This document shows, piece after piece, positions 1 through 10,204 of a stretch of 49,982 nt of DNA; the stretch's first letter is position 1; every line of letters starts with the position of its first letter. The notes beneath the pieces were generated by a model. That model had not been told where the DNA came from and did not search any database. It was given only the letters and a program-made list of their open reading frames with translations. Source of the stretch: Alphaproteobacteria bacterium (lineage in GTDB: Bacteria; Pseudomonadota; Alphaproteobacteria; UBA6615); NCBI GenBank assembly GCA_013003285.1, contig JABDJY010000487.1, positions 1 through 49,982 on the forward strand, written 5' to 3'. The translations under genes were made by a program, and so were the position numbers.

Positions 1-201
1 CTCTTTGTCTTTGTTTATATCGGCGTCGTCGCCGGATTTGCCGCCGGCGCCGTGATCGCCTGGTCGTCGTCGGCGCGTCACCGCCGGGCCCGCCAACGCA
101 AGGCAGAGGGCAAGACCGATGCGGCGACGCGCACCCACCGCAAGCCTGCACCCGAGACGGGAAAAGGCGCCGGCGCCACGCCCCCCGCCGTCATCGATTG
201 A
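1..201 (+). CDS. 3' fragment of a small membrane protein (LapA/DUF1049-like shape), truncated by the window edge
   Basis: Frame 1 is open from base 1 to TGA at 199-201. Translation LFVFVYIGVVAGFAAGAVIAWSSSARHRRARQRKAEGK... is one hydrophobic helix followed by a basic tail. The family guess rests on this shape only. Confidence 0.3.
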   Translation, partial: LFVFVYIGVVAGFAAGAVIAWSSSARHRRARQRKAEGKTDAATRTHRKPAPETGKGAGATPPAVID

Positions 202-209
202 GTGCGGCC

Positions 210-1160
210 ATGCGCACGGTCAGCGCCAGCGAGGTCGAGGCCGGGCTTGGCTATGGCGATCTTATCGAGGCTTTGCGCGCCGCCTTTAGGCGTGAGACCC
301 AAGTGCCCCTGCGCCACCACCATACGATTCCCACCGGCGGCCGCGAAGCGACATTGCTGTTGATGCCCGCCTGGAACGCGCCCGATCCGGCGCCAGCCCA
401 TCTTGGAGTCAAAGTCGTTACCGTCTATCCCGATAATTCGGCCCGAGATCTGCCGTCAGTGATGGGCACCTATCTATTGCTCGATGGATCGACCGGCGTG
501 CCCGTTGCCTCGATCGATGGGCCAGCCTTGACCGCGCGACGCACCGCCGCGGCGTCGGCGCTGGCAGCCGATTATTTGGCGCGGCCCGACGCCGAAACTC
601 TGCTTATCGTGGGCACCGGCCGGCTCGCCGCTTGCTTGGCCGAGGCGCACGCCACGGTGCGGCCGCTGCGCCGCACGGTGATTTGGGGCCGCGACCATGA
701 CAAAGCCGAGCGGCTTGCCCGCCGATTGGACAGCGACGCTCACCCTGTCACAGCGTCAGGCGATCTGGCGGTTGCCGCCGGAGAGGCGGATATCATTTGC
801 TGCGCCACCACGTCGCGCGATCCGCTGATATTTGGCGCCTGGCTGAAGGGGGGCACCCATGTCGATCTGGTCGGTGGGTTTCGCCCCGACATGCGCGAGG
901 CCGACGATGACGTTATCCGACGCGGCCGGATTTTCGTCGATACCCGCGCCGGCGCCCTGGCGGAGGCCGGCGATATAACCCAGCCGATCGCGGCGGGGTT
1001 TTTGGACGCCGACGATATCGCCGGTGATCTGTTTGGCCTGTGCCGGGGAGAACGGGCCGGCCGCCAATCGCCGGACGAAATTACGGTGTTCAAATCGGTC
1101 GGCAGCGCGCTGGAGGATTTAGCTGCCGCGGAATTGCTGGTTGCTGGAGGGGCGTCATGA
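210..1160 (+). CDS. ornithine cyclodeaminase / mu-crystallin family protein
   Basis: ORF 198-1160. I prefer ATG 210 over the TTG at 198. Length is about 316 aa. The Rossmann segment LLIVGTGRLA and overall similarity to OCD/mu-crystallin proteins (..GVKVVTVYPDN.. ..TARRTAAASALAA..) support the call. Confidence 0.8.
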   Translation: MRTVSASEVEAGLGYGDLIEALRAAFRRETQVPLRHHHTIPTGGREATLLLMPAWNAPDPAPAHLGVKVVTVYPDNSARDLPSVMGTYLLLDGSTGVPVASIDGPALTARRTAAASALAADYLARPDAETLLIVGTGRLAACLAEAHATVRPLRRTVIWGRDHDKAERLARRLDSDAHPVTASGDLAVAAGEADIICCATTSRDPLIFGAWLKGGTHVDLVGGFRPDMREADDDVIRRGRIFVDTRAGALAEAGDITQPIAAGFLDADDIAGDLFGLCRGERAGRQSPDEITVFKSVGSALEDLAAAELLVAGGAS

Positions 1161-2335
1161 CGGTAACGGCCGACCAGATCCGCGACTGGCTGTGCGATAG
1201 CGCCTTGCCGCTTTGGAGCAGTGCGGGGCGCGACGCCGATGCGGGTGGCTTTATCGATGATCTAAGCCTGGCGGGCGATCCGATCCAAGGCGCGCCGAAG
1301 CGCCTGCGGGTGCAGGCCCGCCAGATCTATGTGTATAGCCATGCCGATCTGCTGGGCTGGACACCGGGGCCGGGGTCGGGGCAGGTCTCGCCGTTGGAAT
1401 CCGCCGCCAGTGGTTTCGATTTCATAGCCGGCCATTTCTGGCGCGACGATCCCGGTGGGTTCGTCTACGCCACCGACCGGTACGGGGCGGTCACCGATCC
1501 GCGGATTGAACTGTACGACCAGGCCTTCGCGCTGTTCGCCTGCGCCTGGTATTTTCGCGCCTCGGGTGAGGCTCGGGCGAAAACAGCGGCCGAGCGCTTG
1601 TTGGGATTTATCGACAGCCATTTGGCGGATAGGGCCGAAGGTGGTTATTTCGAGAACCTGTCGCGCGATCTGCCGCGCCGCCAGAACCCCCATATGCATC
1701 TACTGGAAGCGCTGTTGGCGCTGCATCATGCCACCGGTAGCGACGTGGCATTAGGCCATGCGCGCAAACTGGTCGATTTATTCCGCCAAAGCCTGTTCGA
1801 CCAGGACAGCGGCACGCTGGGCGAATTCTTCGATGCCGACTGGCGTCCGGTGGAAGGAACGGCGGGCCAAATCGTCGAACCCGGACACCATTACGAATGG
1901 AGCTGGCTGCTGCATCACTATGGCGCGGTGACCGGCGACGATTGCGAGCATGAGGCCGATTTGCTGTATCGCTTCGCCGAACAGCAGGGCATCGACCGCG
2001 ATTCCGGCCCGACCGAGGGCCTGGTCTTCGATTCTGTGCTGCGCCGCGGTGTCGATTTGGACGACAATAAACGCCTCTGGGGGCAGACCGAGGCGATTAA
2101 GGCACAGACCGCGCGGCTGGAGTTCACTGGCGATACAGCCGCCGGCGCGCGCCTCGACACGCTGCTCGACCGCTTGTTCGCGTGTCATATGATGGGCGAA
2201 ACCGGCCTGTGGCGCGAACATTTAGAGCGCGACGGCACGCCGCTGCGCGATACGGTGCCGGCAACGTCGCTATACCATCTGTTTCTGGCGCTCACCGAGG
2301 TTTTGCGCGTGCGCGACGGTATAACGTCACTCTAG
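1157..2335 (+). CDS. AGE-family (N-acylglucosamine 2-epimerase / mannose-6-P isomerase-like) protein
   Basis: ORF 1040-2335, trimmed to ATG 1157, which overlaps the upstream stop (ATGA). Alpha/alpha-toroid-type sequence with the EPGHHYEWSWLL motif typical of the AGE superfamily. Confidence 0.7.
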   Translation: MTVTADQIRDWLCDSALPLWSSAGRDADAGGFIDDLSLAGDPIQGAPKRLRVQARQIYVYSHADLLGWTPGPGSGQVSPLESAASGFDFIAGHFWRDDPGGFVYATDRYGAVTDPRIELYDQAFALFACAWYFRASGEARAKTAAERLLGFIDSHLADRAEGGYFENLSRDLPRRQNPHMHLLEALLALHHATGSDVALGHARKLVDLFRQSLFDQDSGTLGEFFDADWRPVEGTAGQIVEPGHHYEWSWLLHHYGAVTGDDCEHEADLLYRFAEQQGIDRDSGPTEGLVFDSVLRRGVDLDDNKRLWGQTEAIKAQTARLEFTGDTAAGARLDTLLDRLFACHMMGETGLWREHLERDGTPLRDTVPATSLYHLFLALTEVLRVRDGITSL

Positions 2336-2407
2336 CGGTCGGGCTGCCGCTTTGCTAGAACCGCGCCGGCTCTAATCGTCAGACCATGCCGAGAAAGACA
2401 CTTGCCG

Positions 2408-3112
2408 ATGTTGCCTGAGAACCCGATCTTCGTTGCCCTCGATACGCCGGACTTGGTCCAAGCCGCCGCGTGGGCCGAGGCTGTGCGCCCGTGCGTGGGC
2501 GGCGTCAAATTGGGGTTGGAATTCTTCAACAGCAACGGGCCCGACGGGGTGCGGCGGATCGTCGATCTGGGCCTGCCGGTTTTCCTCGATCTGAAGTTTC
2601 ATGACATTCCCAATACGGTGGCTGGCGCGGTGCGCGCTGTTGCCGGTCTGGGCGCGGCGATCGTCAATGTGCATGCCAGCGGCGGTAGCGCCATGTTGCG
2701 GGCCGCGGCCGAGGCAGCAGCCGACCATGGCGCCGATCGTCCCCTGGTCATCGCCGTCACCGTGCTAACCAGCCTCGACGACCAGGATCTTGCCGGGGTC
2801 GGTCAAATGGGACCGGCGGCCGCTCAGGTCGAGCGCCTGGCGCGGCTGACCCAATCCTGCGGCCTCGACGGCGTGGTGTGTTCGCCGGCCGAGATCGCCA
2901 CCTTGCGCGCGGCCTGCGGCGATGATTTCCGCCTGATTGTTCCCGGCATTCGACCGGCCTGGGCCAGCACGGGTGATCAGAAGCGGATCATGACACCGCG
3001 CGAGGCACGCGACCTGGGGGCGACAATTTTGGTGATCGGCCGACCGATCACCGGCGCTGACGACCCCGCCGCCGCCGCGGTGCGTATCATGGAAGAGTTG
3101 GAGATTACCTGA
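2408..3112 (+). CDS. pyrF: orotidine 5'-phosphate decarboxylase
   Basis: Motifs FVALD, FLDLKFHDIPNTV and the C-terminal VIGRPIT. ATG 2408 is preferred to TTG 2402. The stop overlaps the trpF start (TGATG). Confidence 0.9.
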   Translation: MLPENPIFVALDTPDLVQAAAWAEAVRPCVGGVKLGLEFFNSNGPDGVRRIVDLGLPVFLDLKFHDIPNTVAGAVRAVAGLGAAIVNVHASGGSAMLRAAAEAAADHGADRPLVIAVTVLTSLDDQDLAGVGQMGPAAAQVERLARLTQSCGLDGVVCSPAEIATLRAACGDDFRLIVPGIRPAWASTGDQKRIMTPREARDLGATILVIGRPITGADDPAAAAVRIMEELEIT

Positions 3113-3759
3113 TGACGGTTGCGGCGAAAATTTGCGGCATCAAAGACCCCGTGGCGATGCAAACCGCCATCGATGGTGGTGCGGCCTATGTGGGCCTGGT
3201 TTTCTATCCCCAGAGCCCGCGCGCGGTGACGCCGGGTACGGCGGCGAAGCTGGCTGCGCTGGTGCCCGAGGGGGTGACCAAGGTCGGTCTGTTTGTCGAT
3301 GCCGACAATGCCCAGATCGCCCGTGTGCTGGAGGAAGTCTCCCTCGATATGCTGCAGCTCCATGGCAATGAGACGCCGGAGCGGTGTACCGATATCCGCA
3401 ACCGGTTCGGCCGGCCGGTGATGAAAGTGATCAAGGTCGCGACCCTGGATGATGTGAATTCCGCCAATGATTATTGCGATTTGGTCGATTGGCTGATGTT
3501 CGACGCCAAACCGCCCTCGTCGATGACCAATGCGCTGCCCGGCGGCAATGCCGTCCAATTCGATTGGACCTTGCTGGCCGGCTGGAATTGGCCGGTGCCG
3601 TGGATGCTCGCTGGCGGGTTGGTGGCGGATAATGTCGCCGAAGCGGTTTCTCGGTCGGGAGCGGCGGTGGTCGACGTATCATCGGGCGTCGAATCGGCGC
3701 CGGGCAAGAAGGACCCGGCCGAGATCACGCGTTTCCTTGCGGCCGTGGCAGAGCTGTAG
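3112..3759 (+). CDS. trpF: phosphoribosylanthranilate isomerase
   Basis: N-terminus KICGI, ..LQLHG.E.., C-terminal DVSSGVE. Sits directly upstream of trpBA. Confidence 0.9.
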   Translation: MTVAAKICGIKDPVAMQTAIDGGAAYVGLVFYPQSPRAVTPGTAAKLAALVPEGVTKVGLFVDADNAQIARVLEEVSLDMLQLHGNETPERCTDIRNRFGRPVMKVIKVATLDDVNSANDYCDLVDWLMFDAKPPSSMTNALPGGNAVQFDWTLLAGWNWPVPWMLAGGLVADNVAEAVSRSGAAVVDVSSGVESAPGKKDPAEITRFLAAVAEL

Positions 3760-3815
3760 GTGGGCCAACTGGCTTATGTCCTGTCAGCGCGTGCTGATGT
3801 ATAACCCGGCGCATT

Positions 3816-5033
3816 ATGACTATTGAACGTCCCAACAGCTATCGGTCCGGCCCCGACGGAAAGGGCCATTTCGGCATTTTTGGCGGCCGCTATGTCGCCG
3901 AGACGCTGATGCCGCTCATCCTCGAGGTCGAAAAGGCCTATGAGGCGGCCAAGGCCGACCCGGCCTATCAGGCCGAGCTCGACGATTATCTGAAACATTA
4001 TGTCGGCCGGCCCAGCCCGCTGTACCACGCCTCGCGCCTGACCGAACATTGCGGCGGTGCCAAGATCTATTTTAAGCGCGACGAGCTCAACCACACCGGC
4101 GCCCATAAGATCAACAATTGCATGGGCCAGATCCTGCTGGCGCGGCGCATGGGTAAAAAACGCATCATCGCCGAGACCGGGGCGGGTCAGCATGGGGTGG
4201 CGACAGCTACCGTCTGCGCCCTGTTCGGGCTTGAATGCGTTGTCTATATGGGCGCCACCGACATCGAGCGTCAGGCCCCCAATGTATTCCGCATGAAGCT
4301 GTTGGGCGCCGAAGTGCGGCCGGTCACCAGCGGTACGGCGACCCTGAAGGATGCCATGAACGATGCATTGCGCGACTGGGTCGCCAATGTGGATAGCACG
4401 TATTATTTGATCGGCACTGTGGCCGGGCCGCACCCCTATCCGGCGATGGTGCGCGACTTTCAACGGGTGATCGGCGTGGAAGTGCGCGAACAGATGATGG
4501 CGGCCGAGGGCCGGCTGCCGGATACGCTGGTGGCGTGCATCGGTGGCGGGTCGAACGCCATCGGCCTGTTCCATGATTTCCTCGACGAGCCTGACATCGA
4601 CATCATCGGCGTCGAAGCGGCCGGGCACGGGCTGGAGAGCGGCGAACATGCGGCATCGCTGACCGGCGGACGCCCCGGCGTGCTGCATGGCAACCGGACT
4701 TATCTACTGCAGGATGGCGACGGCCAAATTCAAGACGCGCACTCGATCTCGGCCGGCCTCGACTATCCCGGCATCGGCCCGGAACATTCCTGGCTGCATG
4801 AGAGCGGGCGGGTGAATTATGTATCGGTGACCGATAGCGAGGCGCTGGAGGCCTTCCAGCTTTGCAGTCGTCTCGAAGGCATCATTCCGGCGTTGGAGCC
4901 GGCCCACGCCCTGTCCCATGTGGCCAAGATCGCCCCCGACCTGCCGGCCGACCATCTGCTGGTGATGAATATGTGCGGGCGCGGCGACAAGGATGTGTTC
5001 ACGGTCGCCGCCGCACTGGGAGAAGAGCTATGA
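3816..5033 (+). CDS. trpB: tryptophan synthase beta chain
   Basis: Unmistakable TrpB sequence: [22 protein letters not shown] (PLP lysine), [18 protein letters not shown]. Confidence 0.97.
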   Translation: MTIERPNSYRSGPDGKGHFGIFGGRYVAETLMPLILEVEKAYEAAKADPAYQAELDDYLKHYVGRPSPLYHASRLTEHCGGAKIYFKRDELNHTGAHKINNCMGQILLARRMGKKRIIAETGAGQHGVATATVCALFGLECVVYMGATDIERQAPNVFRMKLLGAEVRPVTSGTATLKDAMNDALRDWVANVDSTYYLIGTVAGPHPYPAMVRDFQRVIGVEVREQMMAAEGRLPDTLVACIGGGSNAIGLFHDFLDEPDIDIIGVEAAGHGLESGEHAASLTGGRPGVLHGNRTYLLQDGDGQIQDAHSISAGLDYPGIGPEHSWLHESGRVNYVSVTDSEALEAFQLCSRLEGIIPALEPAHALSHVAKIAPDLPADHLLVMNMCGRGDKDVFTVAAALGEEL

Positions 5034-5905
5034 GCGCCCCGACCGGTGCCCCAACCCATGCGGCGACCAGCGGGCGCATCGAGGCGCGATTCGCCGCCTT
5101 GGCGGCGGAAGGCCGCGCGGCGTTCATCCCCTTCATCATGGCGGCCGACCCCACGGTGGCGGCGACCCGCGATATTCTCAAAGGCCTGCCGGCGGCCGGC
5201 GCCGATATCATCGAACTGGGCGTGATTTTCTCCGATCCCATGGCCGACGGCCCGGCGATCCAAGCCGCCGGTCTGCGCGCCAAGGCGGGCGGTGCCACTT
5301 TGCGGCAAACCTTGGAAATCGTGCGCGAATTTCGTACCGGTGACGACACCACGCCGATCATCCTGATGGGCTACTACAATCCGTTCTATATTTACGGCGT
5401 CGAGGCGTTTCTCGCCGACGCGAAAGAAGCGGGGGTGGATGGGCTGATCATCGTCGATCTGCCGCCGGAAGAAGATAGCGAACTCTGCCTGCCGGCACTG
5501 GACGCGGGTATGCATTTTGTGCGCTTAGCAACGCCGACTACCGACGATCAACGCCTGCCGGCGGTGCTCGAGCATACATCGGGATTTATCTACTATGTGT
5601 CGATCGCCGGCATCACCGGCACCGCTTCGGCGACCCAGGACGCCATTCAGGCCGCTGTGACCCGGCTGAAAAGCCACACCGACTTGCCGGTGGCCGTTGG
5701 CTTCGGCATCCGGACGCCGGAACAAGCGGCCGCCGTCGCGCAAGTCGCCGATGCGGCCGTGGTGGGGTCGGCCATCGTGCAATTAATCGCCGACAATCTC
5801 GATGAGAACGGTCAACCGACGGCCGGTCTGGTCGATACCGTGCTCGATTTTGCCCGCGCCCTGGCCGACGGCGTGCACGGCGCCCGGCGGCGAGCAGCGG
5901 AATAG
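5030..5905 (+). CDS. trpA: tryptophan synthase alpha chain
   Basis: ORF 4862-5905, trimmed to ATG 5030 (ATGA overlap with the trpB stop). Motifs [37 protein letters not shown]. Confidence 0.95.
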   Translation: MSAPTGAPTHAATSGRIEARFAALAAEGRAAFIPFIMAADPTVAATRDILKGLPAAGADIIELGVIFSDPMADGPAIQAAGLRAKAGGATLRQTLEIVREFRTGDDTTPIILMGYYNPFYIYGVEAFLADAKEAGVDGLIIVDLPPEEDSELCLPALDAGMHFVRLATPTTDDQRLPAVLEHTSGFIYYVSIAGITGTASATQDAIQAAVTRLKSHTDLPVAVGFGIRTPEQAAAVAQVADAAVVGSAIVQLIADNLDENGQPTAGLVDTVLDFARALADGVHGARRRAAE

Positions 5906-5912
5906 GCCCGGT

Positions 5913-6878
5913 ATGAGCTGGCTCACAAACTTCGTTCGCCCCAAGATTCAGGCGCTGGTCGGCAAGAAGGACGTGCCGGAAAACTTATGGCACCGCTGTC
6001 CGTCCTGCGACCAGATGCTGTTCCATCGCGAACTCACCGACAATCTGCATGTCTGCCATCACTGCAATTGCCATATGCGCATTTCCGCCGTGACCCGGCT
6101 GGAGATGCTGTTCGACGACGGCGAATTTGAGCGGGCCAAAGTACCGCCAGTGACCGCTGATCCGTTAAAATTCCGCGATACCAAGCGCTACACCGATCGG
6201 TTGCGCGAGGCCGAGAACAAGGCGTCCGAGGACGAGGCGATTATCGTCGCCAGCGGCCTGATGGGCGGCCTGCCGACCGTGGTCGCCGCGTTCAATTTTT
6301 CCTTCATGGGGGGGTCCATGGGTCAGGCCGTCGGCGAGGGGCTGGTGGTTGCCGCCCGCTTGGCGTGCGAGCAAGAGGCGGCGCTGATCGCGATACCGGC
6401 CTCGGGCGGCGCGCGTATGCAGGAAGGCATGTTGAGCCTGATCCAGATGCCACGCACGGTGATCGCTGTGGAGCAGGTGCGCGAGGCGGGCCTGCCATAC
6501 ATCGTTATTCTGACCGATCCGACCACCGGCGGCGTATCGGCCTCGTTCGCCATGCTGGGCGATATTCAGATCGCCGAACCCGGCGCGATGATCGGTTTCG
6601 CCGGACGGCGGGTCATCGAGGATACCATCCGCGAGGAACTGCCGGAGGACTTCCAGCAGGCCGAACGTATGCTCGAACATGGCCTGATCGACATGGTGGT
6701 GCCGCGCCCTGAACTGCGCGAGACCTTGATCCGGGTGGTGTCGCTGCTGCGCCAAAAATCGCCGGCCGATCTGGCGCCGAGCATGGCCGCGACCATCATG
6801 CTGCCGCCGGTCGATTCGCTGCCGAGTGAATCCGAGGTCGAGATCGACGCCGAACCCAGCGCCACCCCGCGCGAGTGA
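5913..6878 (+). CDS. accD: acetyl-CoA carboxylase carboxyltransferase beta subunit
   Basis: MSWLTNFVRPKI start and the Zn-ribbon CPSC..-..CHHC. GGSMG and SGGARMQEG motifs. The internal ATG at 5913 is chosen because the upstream extension overlaps trpA. Confidence 0.95.
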   Translation: MSWLTNFVRPKIQALVGKKDVPENLWHRCPSCDQMLFHRELTDNLHVCHHCNCHMRISAVTRLEMLFDDGEFERAKVPPVTADPLKFRDTKRYTDRLREAENKASEDEAIIVASGLMGGLPTVVAAFNFSFMGGSMGQAVGEGLVVAARLACEQEAALIAIPASGGARMQEGMLSLIQMPRTVIAVEQVREAGLPYIVILTDPTTGGVSASFAMLGDIQIAEPGAMIGFAGRRVIEDTIREELPEDFQQAERMLEHGLIDMVVPRPELRETLIRVVSLLRQKSPADLAPSMAATIMLPPVDSLPSESEVEIDAEPSATPRE

Positions 6879-6882
6879 GCGG

Positions 6883-8190
6883 GTGACGACCACCGACACC
6901 CTGCAGGACATTCTCGCGCGTTTCGACCGTTATCATCCCGTGCGCATCGATCTCACCCTCGACCGCACCGAACGGCTGCTGGCGGCACTGGGCAATCCGC
7001 ATGAGGCCCTACCGCCGGTCATTCATGTGGCCGGCACCAATGGCAAGGGATCGACGATCGCCTTTCTGCGCGCCATGTATGAGGCCGCCGGGCTGGCGGT
7101 GAGCAGCTATACCTCGCCCCATCTGGTGGATTTCACCGAGCGTTTCGTGCTCGCCGGCGAAACCATCTCGAACGCCGCCTTGTGCGATCTGCTGAACGAA
7201 GTCGACGCGATCAACGATGGCCAGCCGATCACCGAGTTCGAAATCGTTACGGCGGCGGCGTTTCTCGCCCTGTCGCGAACCCCGGCGGATATCGTCCTAT
7301 TGGAAACCGGGCTGGGTGGGCGCTACGATTCCACCAATGTGGTTGCCGCGCCGCTGGCGACGGTGATCACCCCGATCTCGCTTGACCATCAGGCGTTTCT
7401 CGGGCCGGATATCGCCAGTATCGCGGCCGAAAAGGCGGCGATTCAAAAGGCGGGGGTGCCGTCGATCATCGCTCCGCAACCCGCCGACGCGGCGGCAGTG
7501 ATCGATCGGATCGGCGAAGAAGTTGGCGCCATCGGTTTTCGGGCCGGTCAGGAATGGTCGCTCGAAATGAAAGGCGATGGCTTTATCTACCGGTCGCAAA
7601 ACCGAACCCTAACGTTGCCCGCGCCGTCGCTGGAGGGTCCGCATCAGAGGGTCAATGCGGCCACGGCTGTTGCCTGTGTCGAACAATGTTCGAAGATCGC
7701 GGTCACTGATCAGGATATCGCGACCGGCCTATCCCGGACGCGCTGGCCGGGCCGTTTTGAGCTTTTGCCCGATGGTCCTTTGCGCCAAAAATTGCCGGCG
7801 GATTGGGATATTTGGCTGGATGCGGGACACAATGGGGCGGCTGGCGAGGCGTTGGCCGCGGCGTTGCGCCAGATCAATGCCGACAAGCCGATGCCGGTCC
7901 ACATTGTTTTTGGCATGTTGGACGATAAAGACCCGACAACACTCCTCGGCCCGCTGGCCAATTTGGCCGCTTCGATAACCGCTGTGCCGTTGGCTGGGGA
8001 ATCCCGATCACTGGATCCGCAATCCACCGCCGAAACCCTTGTGAATGCCGGGATTACCGCCGATTGGGCGCCGTCGCTCGAAGCGGCGTTAGGGTTACTC
8101 GCCTCGACCCGTGGGGGCGCGCACATCCTGATATGCGGTTCCCACGTCATTGTCGGCGCCGCGTTGCGCGGTAACGCCCGGCCGCTGTGA
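6883..8190 (+). CDS. folC: bifunctional folylpolyglutamate synthase / dihydrofolate synthase
   Basis: Mur-ligase P-loop VAGTNGKGST and classical position after accD. The start is ambiguous: GTG 6883 just after the accD stop, or ATG 6826, which overlaps accD by 53 nt. Confidence 0.88.
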   Translation: MTTTDTLQDILARFDRYHPVRIDLTLDRTERLLAALGNPHEALPPVIHVAGTNGKGSTIAFLRAMYEAAGLAVSSYTSPHLVDFTERFVLAGETISNAALCDLLNEVDAINDGQPITEFEIVTAAAFLALSRTPADIVLLETGLGGRYDSTNVVAAPLATVITPISLDHQAFLGPDIASIAAEKAAIQKAGVPSIIAPQPADAAAVIDRIGEEVGAIGFRAGQEWSLEMKGDGFIYRSQNRTLTLPAPSLEGPHQRVNAATAVACVEQCSKIAVTDQDIATGLSRTRWPGRFELLPDGPLRQKLPADWDIWLDAGHNGAAGEALAAALRQINADKPMPVHIVFGMLDDKDPTTLLGPLANLAASITAVPLAGESRSLDPQSTAETLVNAGITADWAPSLEAALGLLASTRGGAHILICGSHVIVGAALRGNARPL

Positions 8191-8247
8191 CGGCCTGGGT
8201 TGGATCACCCGCGCCGGCGGCTTATGGTGCGCGGGGATGAGGGTCTG

Positions 8248-9333
8248 ATGGCGAAAACGACGCAGATACGGCAGCAACTGACCCTGGGCGACCGGGCGCC
8301 GAACCTCTTTTTGCCCGATCAGCGCGACATTATTATCAGCCTCCACGACAAGGCCCGCGGCGGGCCGATCTTCGTTCTGCTCTATCCAACCCAAAAAGAC
8401 CCGGGCTGTGCGGCCGAGCTGGAGAGCCTGTTCGCCCTGGCGCCGCAGATGCTCGCCGAGGGGGTGCATTTGTTTGCCATCGGCGGTGATTCGGTTGGCC
8501 GGGTGCAGAAACTCGCGGCGCAGCATGCGCCCGACTTCTTCCTCCTGGCCGACGCCGACCATAAGGCCGCCGACGGTTTTGGCGCGCGCGGTAAGCTGTT
8601 GGGTTTCGTGCTTGATCCGGGTCAACGCATTCAGGCGGTTATCGCCCCCGACGACACGCCGATTGCCGAGCGTGCGGACGAAGCGCTTAAATCGCTGCCC
8701 CGGCATGCGCCGTTCAATCCGGGTGTGCACCCACCTGTCTTAGCTATTCCCCAGGCCTTGCCGCGGGATTTTTGTGCCTATTTAATCGAACAATTCGAGA
8801 AGCGTGGCAACGAAGCGAGCGGCACCCTGCGCATGACCGAAGGGAAAATGGTCCACGCGTCCGATTCCGACGTCAAACAGCGGCGTGACCATCATGTGGT
8901 CGATCAGGATTTGCTCGACGAGATTGCCGGTTACATACAGCGCCGGGTACTACCGGAAATCCATCGGGCGTTTCACTGTCCGATAAAGTTCGTCGAAGAG
9001 TTCAAAATCGTGCGTTACGACGCCGACCCTGGCGGGTACTTCCGGCCTCACCGCGACAACACCTCGCCCGGTACTGCCCACCGGCGCTTCGCCATGACAT
9101 TGAACCTCAACGCCGAGGATTACGATGGCGGCGAGCTGTGCTTCCCCGAATATAATAACGCCACCTATAAGCCGGCGACCGGCGAGGCGGTGGTTTTTTC
9201 CTGCAACCTGCTGCACGAAGCGACCGATGTGACCGCCGGACAGCGCTACGTGCTGCTATCCTTCATGTATGACGAGCCCGGTCGCCAACTATTGGAAAAA
9301 TACCAGCAGACCATGGCCCAACGGCAGGGCTAG
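8248..9333 (+). CDS. fusion protein: N-terminal redoxin/peroxiredoxin-like domain + C-terminal P4H-type 2OG-Fe(II) oxygenase domain
   Basis: N-terminal half: LYPTQKDPGCAAE resembles the Prx PxxxTxxC signature, with Asp in place of Thr. C-terminal half: HRD...LLHEATDV...GQRYVLLSF is the HxD...H...R facial triad plus 2OG-binding Arg. ATG 8248 has a GAGGG 5 nt upstream. Confidence 0.75.
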   Translation: MAKTTQIRQQLTLGDRAPNLFLPDQRDIIISLHDKARGGPIFVLLYPTQKDPGCAAELESLFALAPQMLAEGVHLFAIGGDSVGRVQKLAAQHAPDFFLLADADHKAADGFGARGKLLGFVLDPGQRIQAVIAPDDTPIAERADEALKSLPRHAPFNPGVHPPVLAIPQALPRDFCAYLIEQFEKRGNEASGTLRMTEGKMVHASDSDVKQRRDHHVVDQDLLDEIAGYIQRRVLPEIHRAFHCPIKFVEEFKIVRYDADPGGYFRPHRDNTSPGTAHRRFAMTLNLNAEDYDGGELCFPEYNNATYKPATGEAVVFSCNLLHEATDVTAGQRYVLLSFMYDEPGRQLLEKYQQTMAQRQG

Positions 9334-9391
9334 TCCCATGTCGCGCGTACCTAAACGGCTTCCAGCGAGACGGTTCGGTTGCAAGGACTGC

Positions 9392-10063
9392 TTAATACCC
9401 ACCACCGATAGCACGGGTGGCTTCATCTAACTGCTCGGGACTCATTTTCTCGGCGGTGAGATCGCGATTGCGGGCCGCGTCCGGATATCCCTCCGCTGCG
9501 GCCAACGTGAACCAGAAATAGGCCTGCACGTCATCATGCGGGACGCCGCGGCCGGTCGCGTATAGGACGCCAAGATTGTTCTGCGCTTCGACGTTGCCCT
9601 GTTCAGCGGCACGTCGATACCATCGTACCGCGACGCGGTCGTCTTGTTTTACGCCGAGCCCGTTCAGATACATCCACCCCAGGTTCGCCTGGGCCAAGTC
9701 GAAGTCACTCAGGGCGGCTCTCAGATACCAGCGGGCGGCTTCGCTATAGTCTTGCGCAATACCGTGACCCTCGCGATACATATGGGCTAGATTGAGCTGT
9801 GCCCATACGAGCCCCTGATCGCCGGCGCGGCGGTACCAGCGAACCGCCTCAGTATAACTCTGCGTGACGCCGACACCGGCGTCATACATGCCGGCAAGGT
9901 TGTTCTGCGCCTTGGCATCGCCTTCTTCCGCTGCTTTGCGCCACGCCTCCACGGCAGTGGTATAGTCGCCTAGTCTAAAAGCCGCTAGGCCTTCTTTGTA
10001 GTCATGCGCGTAAGCAGGCACCGCCAGCAGAATAAGAAACAAGGCTATGGGTAAGCGTCTCAT
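9392..10063 (-). CDS. secreted Sel1-like (SLR) repeat protein
   Basis: Signal peptide MRRLPIALFLILLAVPAYA. About five tandem 36-aa repeats of the form A(Q)xNLGxMYxxGxGVxQDxxxAxxWYRRAAEQG. Confidence 0.85.
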   Translation of the reverse strand: MRRLPIALFLILLAVPAYAHDYKEGLAAFRLGDYTTAVEAWRKAAEEGDAKAQNNLAGMYDAGVGVTQSYTEAVRWYRRAGDQGLVWAQLNLAHMYREGHGIAQDYSEAARWYLRAALSDFDLAQANLGWMYLNGLGVKQDDRVAVRWYRRAAEQGNVEAQNNLGVLYATGRGVPHDDVQAYFWFTLAAAEGYPDAARNRDLTAEKMSPEQLDEATRAIGGGY

Positions 10064-10204
10064 TTCTAAAGGTTATCGGGCCAAGGGCGGGTTCACTTTG
10101 TCCTAAATCAATAGTGACCCACGCCGCTCGGTCCCGCGGCCATCATGTTCCTTTTGACGTTCGCCGTGCTTAACAGCAAAGTGATGTAAGGAGGTCCAAA
10201 CGCC

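Noticed and set aside
1040-1156. N-terminal extensions given by the longest-ORF track: 1040, 4862, 5802, 16230, 21235, 24354, 24811, 28602, 31978, 44400, 47408 and 47214.
   Set aside because: The extensions overlap the preceding gene and are compositionally Arg/Pro-rich. Internal ATGs coincide with the conserved family N-termini, often as ATGA stop/start overlaps or with a good SD.
3774-4688. Long antisense ORFs opposite well-supported genes. Examples are 3774-4688 (vs trpB), 11706-12884 (vs saccharopine DH), 19436-20500 (vs addA), 32302-33384 (vs Gfo/Idh/MocA), 35609-36670 and 48405-49160.
   Set aside because: Their translations are Arg/Gly/Pro/His-rich with no recognisable motifs, whereas the opposite strand encodes clearly homologous proteins. 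This is the usual stop-codon-poor antisense artefact of GC-rich DNA.
9392-10063. Sel1-repeat periplasmic protein as an ExoR-like regulator of ChvG.
   Set aside because: ExoR is a Sel1-repeat periplasmic protein, but Sel1 proteins are numerous. This gene lies 35 kb from chvIG, and I cannot establish orthology by eye.
10089-10120. Imperfect inverted repeat GGGTTCACT-N15-AGTGACCC between the Sel1 gene and the ALDH gene.
   Set aside because: The arms are unequal (one extra base), there is only a single occurrence, and no nearby regulator can be tied to it. It remains a possible operator, but the evidence is too weak to call.
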